Assembly: GCA_018968925.1 (NCBI GenBank)
Contig: JAGWZI010000001.1
Span: 1-49,920, forward strand
DNA length: 49,920 nucleotides
Origin: Patescibacteria group bacterium
Lineage (GTDB): Bacteria; Patescibacteriota; Minisyncoccia; Phycocordibacterales; GWA1-40-21
Reading direction: 5' to 3'
Numbering within the stretch: position 1 is the first letter of the stretch; each line of letters starts with the position of its first letter. Below are positions 43,853-49,920 of the stretch, one piece after another. The position numbers and the translations under genes are program-made. The notes under the pieces are model-generated. The model ran no database searches and had not been told where the DNA came from. It saw only the letters and a list, made by a program, of their open reading frames with translations.

Positions 43853-44865
43853 TATCGCTTCGCGATGATGCTCTTTTTGTAGGTATCGAGATGCTCGAGC
43901 GCAATGCCGGTGCCTTTTGCCACGCAGTAGAGCGGCTCGTCGGCGATGACCGCCTTTACGCCGGTGCGGCGGAAGACGAGCTCGGCGAGGTTGCGCAACT
44001 GTGAAGAGCCGCCGGTCATGATAATGCCGTTGTCGATGATGTCGGCGGCAAGCTCGGGCGGCGTGTCCTGCAGAACGTCCTTGATCGCCTTCACCATATC
44101 CTTCAGCTCCTTCGAGATCGCCTTGACGATCTCGTTCGTTTTGATCTCGGTCGAGCGCGGCAGGCCGGTGAGAAAATCGCGGCCTTTGATCGTCATGGAA
44201 AGCTCATCCTCCATCGGTACTGCGGAGCCGATCGTGATCTTTATTTCTTCCGCCGTCTTGTCGCCGATGGCGAGGTTGAAGGTTTTCTTGATATAGTCCG
44301 CGATCGCCGCGTCTATTTTATTGCCCGCGACCTTCACCGAATTCGACGCCACGATGCCGCCGAGCGAGATGACCGCGACGTCCGTCGTGCCGCCGCCGAT
44401 GTCGACGACCATGTGGCCTTTCGCCTCGTAAATGGGAATGCCCGCGCCGATCGCCGCGAGTATCGGCTCCTTGACCACGTACGCGTTCTTCGCGCCGGCG
44501 CGGATCGCGGCCTCGACCACCGCACGCCGTTCGGTCGAGGTGATGCCCGCGGGAACGGAGACCATGACTTCGGGCTTGAGAATATTCCAGCGTCCGAGCG
44601 CCTTGTCGATGAAATAGCGGAGCATCGCTTCGGTCACGCGGTAGTCCGCGATCACGCCGTCTTTCATCGGTCGGTACGCGATGATGGAGTCCGGCGTGCG
44701 GCCGATCATGTTCTTGGCCTCGATGCCGACGGCGAGGATCTTGTTGTCCTGCTCGGCGATGGCGACGACCGACGGTTCGAAGATCGTCACGCCCTTTTTC
44801 GGAATGAAAACGAGCGTGTTCGCCGTGCCGAGATCGATGCCGAGCTTGCTCGTAAGGAATGCCAT
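43852..44865 (-). CDS. mreB: second MreB-family actin homolog
   Basis: From the ATG at 44865: MAFLTSKLGIDLGTANTLVFIPKKG..., VVDIGGGTTDVAV and TGGSSQLRNLAEL. Its stop overlaps the holB ATG by 1 nt. Confidence 0.9.
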   Translation of the reverse strand: MAFLTSKLGIDLGTANTLVFIPKKGVTIFEPSVVAIAEQDNKILAVGIEAKNMIGRTPDSIIAYRPMKDGVIADYRVTEAMLRYFIDKALGRWNILKPEVMVSVPAGITSTERRAVVEAAIRAGAKNAYVVKEPILAAIGAGIPIYEAKGHMVVDIGGGTTDVAVISLGGIVASNSVKVAGNKIDAAIADYIKKTFNLAIGDKTAEEIKITIGSAVPMEDELSMTIKGRDFLTGLPRSTEIKTNEIVKAISKELKDMVKAIKDVLQDTPPELAADIIDNGIIMTGGSSQLRNLAELVFRRTGVKAVIADEPLYCVAKGTGIALEHLDTYKKSIIAKR

Positions 44866-44938
44866 ATGCGGACATACTACCCTTTTTCGCCCGATTTGCA
44901 AATTGAAAAACGCGGCCATTTCTGTCATCATAGCGAAT

Positions 44939-46831
44939 ATGCGAGTCCTCGAAGTCATCCCGATCGCGCGCGGCATCGGCACGGAAACCTTGTCCTATTT
45001 TTCGCTGAACGACGTCCCGGAAGGCGCGGTCGTCCGCGTGCCGCTGCGGAAAAAGATCGTTCCCGCGCTCGTCGTCGCAAGCTCTCCCGCCGCCGAAAAA
45101 AAATCCGAGCTGCGCCGTTCCGCGTTCGCACTGAAACGCGTCGAGCGGCTTCCCTTCTCGCCGTTTGTGCGCCCGGAATTCGTCGAGACGGCGCGCGTCG
45201 TTGCCGACCGATACGCAGGTTTCACTGGCGCGGTTCTCGGTTCGCTCGTGCCGGCAATATTTTTCGAAAAAGCTGACGGACTCGCGCCGAGCGCCCATGC
45301 GGAACACGCGGAGGCGGCGGAAAAATTCGCGGTCCAATCCGCGGACGAGGACCGCTTCGCCCGCTACCGGAGCATCATCCGCGAAGAATTCGCGAAGGGC
45401 CGATCGGTCTTCCTGCTCGCGCCGTCGGCCGAGCGCGCTGCGGTTTGCCATGAACTCTTGTCCAAAGGCATCGAGAAATATTCCTTTCTTTTGCACGGGA
45501 CGATTTCGAAAAAGAATCTCCTCGGATCGGCGAAAAGGATCCTTGCGGAGACGCATCCGCTCCTCCTCGTCGGCACGGGCGCATACCTTTCCCTGCCGCG
45601 CGGCGATATCGGTTGCATCATCGCCGAAAACGAATCCGCCCGCGGCTACAGGACGATGACGCGGCCATACGCCGACATCCGCCACTTTGCGGAAATTTTT
45701 GCGGAACGGATCGGCGCGAAAATGGTTTTCGGCGACAGTCTTTTGCGGATCGAGACCATCGAGCGCGTGCGGCGCGGCGAGATCGTCGAGGTCGCGCCCT
45801 TGCAATTCCGTCCGACGGCGGGAAAAGAGATCGAGATCGCGGATCTGCGCGAGAAACCCGATCCGGCAGGCGGCAAAAAAGCGCCCTTCCGCATTCTTTC
45901 GCCAAATGCCGAGAACATTATTGAAAAAAATATCAAAAATGGCGGCCACATCTTCCTGTTCGCGGCGCGGCGCGGCCTCGCACCCGTCACCGTTTGCGGC
46001 GACTGCGGCACGATCGTCGAATGCGCATCCTGCGGCGCGCACGTGGTGCTCCACGAATCCCGCGCCGGCAATTTCTTTCTCTGCCACCGTTGCGGCGCGC
46101 GGCGCGACGCCCGCGAGACGTGCAAGACCTGCGGCAGCTGGAAGCTCAACACGCTCGGCATCGGTACGGCCCTTGTCGAAAAAACGGTGAAAGAAAGATA
46201 TCCTGACGCGAATGTATTCCGTCTTGATGCCGACGCCGCCAAGACGTCTGCCCGCATCAAGGAAACCGTCGAAGCGTTCTCTGCCGCACCGTCCGCGATC
46301 CTCGTCGGCACCGAGATGGCGCTTCCGTATCTCGCCGCACGCGGCGTGGACGATACGATCGCGACGCTCGACGCCTATTTTGCCATTCCCGACTTCCGGA
46401 TCGACGAACGCGTCATGCATATCATGCTGTCGCTCCGCTCGATCTCCCGCGGCGTCTGTATCATCGAGACGCGCGACGCGGCGCGGGGCGTCTTCACCGC
46501 GGCGTGTTCGGGCAGTCTCGTCGATTTCGTCAAAGACGAGATCGCTGACCGGCAGGCGCTTTCCTATCCGCCGTTCTCGACGATCATAAAGATCTCGGCG
46601 AGCGGATCGAAAACCGCCGTTGCCCGCTCGGTCACGGAAATCGAAACGATGATCGCTCCGCATACCCTCGATATCTTTCCGGCGCTCCTGCCCCATGGCA
46701 AGGACGAGCACGCCGTCATCGGCATCATGAAGATTCCGCAGGAAAAATGGCCCGACGAACGTTTGCTTGCCGCGCTCCGCGCCCTGCCTTCGTCCATTTC
46801 GGTCACGGTCGACCCGGAAAGTCTTCTGTGA
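44939..46831 (+). CDS. priA: primosomal protein N' (PriA)-like, helicase motifs degenerate
   Basis: From the ATG at 44939, 630 aa. It has an N-terminal 3'-DNA-binding-like region (VVRVPLRKKIVPALVV) and the four CxxC pairs of the PriA zinc-binding region (CGDC, CASC, CHRC, CKTC). No GxGKT is present, and AENE replaces DEEH. Confidence 0.8.
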   Translation: MRVLEVIPIARGIGTETLSYFSLNDVPEGAVVRVPLRKKIVPALVVASSPAAEKKSELRRSAFALKRVERLPFSPFVRPEFVETARVVADRYAGFTGAVLGSLVPAIFFEKADGLAPSAHAEHAEAAEKFAVQSADEDRFARYRSIIREEFAKGRSVFLLAPSAERAAVCHELLSKGIEKYSFLLHGTISKKNLLGSAKRILAETHPLLLVGTGAYLSLPRGDIGCIIAENESARGYRTMTRPYADIRHFAEIFAERIGAKMVFGDSLLRIETIERVRRGEIVEVAPLQFRPTAGKEIEIADLREKPDPAGGKKAPFRILSPNAENIIEKNIKNGGHIFLFAARRGLAPVTVCGDCGTIVECASCGAHVVLHESRAGNFFLCHRCGARRDARETCKTCGSWKLNTLGIGTALVEKTVKERYPDANVFRLDADAAKTSARIKETVEAFSAAPSAILVGTEMALPYLAARGVDDTIATLDAYFAIPDFRIDERVMHIMLSLRSISRGVCIIETRDAARGVFTAACSGSLVDFVKDEIADRQALSYPPFSTIIKISASGSKTAVARSVTEIETMIAPHTLDIFPALLPHGKDEHAVIGIMKIPQEKWPDERLLAALRALPSSISVTVDPESLL

Positions 46832-46832
46832 T

Positions 46833-47660
46833 TCATTTTCCGCCGCACACCGCGGCCGGCGCGCAGTAGACCTTGTTGTCCGCTTCGAGATTTATATATT
46901 GGATCTTCCGTAGGGTCGCCACATCCGTCTTCAACAATTTGTTCGCAACGACCGCCGCGAGATTGGCAAGGGACTGTTCAAGCGGTTTCGAGTCGTTCAC
47001 GATGATCGTTCCGCCATTTTTCAAATACACGCTATATTCGTGCGCATCCGTAGCGACAAACGATACGGGCGCAAAACCAAGCGCCGCGATGCCCGCAACG
47101 AAGGCGCTTATCTCCCGGAATCGCACCGCATCGAAATATTGCCGTCCTACCGGATCGCTGGAAAGCAAACCGAAATAGGAAATCAGCGAGCTCGTCGCGG
47201 ACGAGCTCGCGAACACGAAACCGGCGTCGTCCATCGAAAAGCAATCGCCCATTTTCGCCGGATCGCCCCCACACCAGAGCGCGGCCGCCGCGCGTTCGGT
47301 CACGGAAATCGAAAGATCTTTGAAACTTGCAAAGGAAACCTTCGCGGTCGCGATCCGCGGCTCGGCGAGAATCGCGCGTTCGGCGCCGTCGCGGTCGAGC
47401 AGGAAAAAATTGTCCGTGCGGACGATGCCGATCACATGCCTGTCCAAAACCGGCGCGATCGCATTTCGAATATCCGCCGTCGATACGGCGCTGTTGCCGG
47501 AAACCGAGACATTGCCGATCCGCACCCATTTCGTCGAAAGCGCGACGGTGCAAAGAGCGAGAAAAAGGAAAACGAGGGCCGCCGTCCACGCGAACTTGCG
47601 CCTCGCGCCTGAGCGCTTCTTCCTTTTCAGGATCGCGTTGATATTCGACTGCTGCCGCAT
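46833..47660 (-). CDS. FtsQ/DivIB-like cell-division protein (TM plus POTRA-like domain)
   Basis: 275 aa with a basic N-terminus, one TM (AALVFLFLALCTVALS), and then VRIGNVSVSGNSAVSTADIRNAI, typical of the POTRA start. Confidence 0.55.
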   Translation of the reverse strand: MRQQSNINAILKRKKRSGARRKFAWTAALVFLFLALCTVALSTKWVRIGNVSVSGNSAVSTADIRNAIAPVLDRHVIGIVRTDNFFLLDRDGAERAILAEPRIATAKVSFASFKDLSISVTERAAAALWCGGDPAKMGDCFSMDDAGFVFASSSATSSLISYFGLLSSDPVGRQYFDAVRFREISAFVAGIAALGFAPVSFVATDAHEYSVYLKNGGTIIVNDSKPLEQSLANLAAVVANKLLKTDVATLRKIQYINLEADNKVYCAPAAVCGGK

Positions 47661-47663
47661 CGG

Positions 47664-48941
47664 TTATTTTTTCCCGATCACTTTCTTGCCGCCCATATAT
47701 TTCTGTAAAGCATCCGGCACGTTCACCGTTCCGTCTGCCTGCTGGTAGTTCTCGAGGATCTGGATGAGGATGCGCGGCGTGGCGATCGCCGTGTTGTTCA
47801 GGGAGTGCGCGAATTTCAGTTTACCGTCGGTGTCTTTGTATTTGATATTGAGGCGGCGCGTCTGGAAATCGTGAAAATACGAGCAGGAATGCGTCTCGCC
47901 GTATTTCCCCTTCGACGGCATCCACGCCTCGATGTCGTACTTTTTCACTTGTCCCAAACCGAGGTCGCCGCCGCACGAGACGACGACATGATACGGAATC
48001 TGCAAGGTCTGCAGAATGTTTTCCGCGTTCGCGAGCAGTTCCTCGTGGAATTTCACGCTCTCTTCGTGCGACGCTTCACAAAGAATGACCTGTTCGAATT
48101 TCATGAACTCGTGCACGCGATAGAGACCTTTTACGTCCTTCGAATAGCTCCCCGCTTCGCGGCGGAAGGCCGGCGAGAATGCGAGCACTTTTTTCGGCAG
48201 TTCGTCCTTTTTCAAAACCTTGTCGGCGAAATAGCTCATGGTCGCCACCTCGGCGGTGCCGGCAAGATAGTCGGCGTCTTGCGTCTTGTAGAGATCGTCC
48301 TCGCCTTGCGGCAAGTATCCCGTGCCAAGGAGCGTCTCGCGGCGGACGAGAGACGGCACGAGCATCATGTGGTATTCCGGATGCTTCTCGCGGAAGAGAT
48401 CGACGGCAAGCTGCCAGACGGCAAATTCGAGTTCGGCGCCTTCGTTCTTCAGAAAATAGCCGCGGAAACCGGCGACCTTCGCGCCTGTCTCGAAATCGGC
48501 GAGATCGAGCGATTCGGCAAGGTCGATGTGGCTTTTCGGCGCAAAATCGAATTTCGGTATCTCACCCCATTTCTTCACCTCTTTATTATTCGCATCGCTC
48601 TCGCCTTCCGGCACGGAAACGTCCGGGATGTTCGGCACGCGAAGCATCAGCTCCTGCCAATTCTTCATTACCTCTTTCAATTTTTCCTCCTCTTTCTGCA
48701 GGTCTTCCTTCAAGAGCTTCATTTGGCCGAGAAGCTCGCGTTTCGCCGCGTCGTCTTTGATCTGCGGCAGCCGCTGCGACGCTTCGTTCTGGCCGGCGCG
48801 TTTCGATTCGATCGAGACGAGCAGTTCGCGGCGCATGTCGTCCGCCTTGACCAGATCCTTCACGTCGAACTTCACATGCTTCTTGCGTGCCGCTTCCGAA
48901 ATGAGATCGGGATTTTCCCGGATGAATTTGATGTCGAGCAT
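47664..48941 (-). CDS. serS: seryl-tRNA synthetase
   Basis: 425 aa with MLDIKFIRENPDLI, an N-terminal coiled coil, and class II motifs (FRREAGS, GETHSCSYFHDFQTRRL, LNNTAIATPR). Confidence 0.95.
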   Translation of the reverse strand: MLDIKFIRENPDLISEAARKKHVKFDVKDLVKADDMRRELLVSIESKRAGQNEASQRLPQIKDDAAKRELLGQMKLLKEDLQKEEEKLKEVMKNWQELMLRVPNIPDVSVPEGESDANNKEVKKWGEIPKFDFAPKSHIDLAESLDLADFETGAKVAGFRGYFLKNEGAELEFAVWQLAVDLFREKHPEYHMMLVPSLVRRETLLGTGYLPQGEDDLYKTQDADYLAGTAEVATMSYFADKVLKKDELPKKVLAFSPAFRREAGSYSKDVKGLYRVHEFMKFEQVILCEASHEESVKFHEELLANAENILQTLQIPYHVVVSCGGDLGLGQVKKYDIEAWMPSKGKYGETHSCSYFHDFQTRRLNIKYKDTDGKLKFAHSLNNTAIATPRILIQILENYQQADGTVNVPDALQKYMGGKKVIGKK

Positions 48942-48987
48942 GATGTTTCCTTTCGTTCCATGATAGCAAATGGTAGAATAATTTCAA

Positions 48988-49860
48988 ATGTACCGCGACT
49001 TCGAAACGTTCGACCTTCGTCCGAACGAGTTTCCGGAAAAATTGCGCGAGATCAATGATCCGCCGAAAATCCTGCATGTGAAAGGCACGCTACCGCATCC
49101 CGATACGAAGATCCTCTGCGTCGTCGGCAGTCGCAAGCACACTGCCTACGGCAAAGAAGCGTGCGAGAAACTGATCGCTGGACTCGCCGGCTACGATATA
49201 TGCATTGTCTCCGGTCTCGCTCTCGGCATTGACGCAGTCGCCCACCGCGCGGCGCTTGCCGCAAATTTGAAAACGATCGCCGTGCCCGGTTCCGGTCTTG
49301 ATGAAAAAGTCCTCTACCCCGTGACGAACAAACGCCTCGCTGAGGAAATCTTGCTTGCCGGCGGCGCGATCATGTCTGAATTCGACGCAGACACCATCGC
49401 CGCGCCGTGGACATTCCCCCAGCGGAACCGCATCATGGCGGGACTTGCCGATGCGACGCTTGTCATTGAAGCGGAGCTCAAATCCGGCACTTTGATCACG
49501 TCAAAATTCGCGACCGAATACAATCGCGACGTATTGGCGGTGCCAGGCAGTATATTTTCAAAAAATTCTGACGGACCGCACATGCTAATCCGCCTCGGCG
49601 CCACTCCGGTGCGGACGAGCGAGGATATCCTCGAAGCGCTCGGTTTCAAAGTGGAGCAAAAGATAGAAAATTTGAAATTGAAATATGCTGACTGCTCGGA
49701 CGAAGAAATGCTTGTGGTAAAACTTCTCGCCGAGCCGCTTCAGAAAGACGAGCTTGTCCGCCAGATGAAAATGCCGATTTCAAAAGCGAGCGTCATCCTT
49801 TCGATGATGGAGCTGAAAGGGTTGGTGGAAGAAAGGATGGGAGAAATTTATTTGAGTTGA
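48988..49860 (+). CDS. dprA: DNA processing protein DprA (Smf)
   Basis: 290 aa with VVGSRKHTAYG, VSGLALGIDAVAHRAAL, FPQRNRIMAGL and SGTLITSKFATEYNRDVLAVPG, plus a C-terminal winged-helix (DML1-like) region. Confidence 0.9.
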   Translation: MYRDFETFDLRPNEFPEKLREINDPPKILHVKGTLPHPDTKILCVVGSRKHTAYGKEACEKLIAGLAGYDICIVSGLALGIDAVAHRAALAANLKTIAVPGSGLDEKVLYPVTNKRLAEEILLAGGAIMSEFDADTIAAPWTFPQRNRIMAGLADATLVIEAELKSGTLITSKFATEYNRDVLAVPGSIFSKNSDGPHMLIRLGATPVRTSEDILEALGFKVEQKIENLKLKYADCSDEEMLVVKLLAEPLQKDELVRQMKMPISKASVILSMMELKGLVEERMGEIYLS

Positions 49861-49920
49861 GTCTTCGAACCGAAAATAACGTAAGAAAAAACAGGGATAA
49901 TTACTTTGTAATATATAAAC

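Noticed and set aside
44318-46711. 797-aa minus-strand ORF, the longest open frame in this region
   Set aside because: Its product is Arg/Gly/Asp-rich and low in complexity, with no recognisable motif. It lies antisense to priA (intact PriA zinc-finger region on the + strand) and overlaps mreB2. It is a typical stop-poor antisense frame of GC-rich coding DNA.
48942-48987. Additional LexA boxes upstream of DNA-repair genes (dprA here; also the priA upstream region 44866..44938 and the rmuC/yqeY region 25923..25967)
   Set aside because: Reading these intergenic regions by eye, I found no GAAC-N4-GTTC. A full computational scan of the window was not possible, so absence elsewhere is not proven.

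Overview
This is a gene-dense bacterial chromosome segment with about 57% G+C in hand-counted host stretches. I call roughly 50 protein genes and one tRNA-Glu(CUC). I saw no rRNA, CRISPR array, transposase or integrase. Compact aminoacyl-tRNA synthetases, a sigma-region-4/HARE-HTH protein, double-module GH130 proteins, many small orphan ORFs and apparently leaderless promoters suggest a reduced-genome, CPR/Patescibacteria-like organism (inference only). TGA is used as a stop codon.

Layout, start to end:
- Two tandem DedA genes and ppdK.
- A LexA-box-controlled small ORF-lexA operon, followed by an abruptly AT-rich ClpP-fold gene.
- A contiguous sugar-phosphate block: two GH130 genes, PMM, a PMI-type cupin, ackA and xfp.
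- typA, a small AT-rich membrane-peptide cassette, hisS, a DEDD exonuclease, mltG with a 446-aa membrane protein, and a sigma-like protein.
- leuS carrying an internal Nudix domain, then rmuC, yqeY and small ORFs.
- tRNA-Glu followed by an AT-rich island of about 1.1 kb.
- PAP2, then a dcw fragment (mraZ-rsmH-ftsL-like-ftsI-murF).
- lysS, greA, mrdA-mreD-like-mreC-mreB, proS, rseP, frr, holB, a second mreB, priA, an ftsQ-like gene, serS and dprA.

The most notable observations are:
- a complete Nudix domain nested inside LeuRS;
- an SOS operon with a Cheo-type LexA box in its promoter spacer, followed by a laterally acquired Clp-fold protease gene;
- a mannoside-phosphorolysis-to-acetate gene block;
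- a self-contained AT-rich cassette next to the tRNA, with an inverted tRNA 3' fragment and flanking repeats;
- a PriA whose ATPase motifs look dead.

Many long ORFs in the track are GC-driven antisense artefacts and were rejected.
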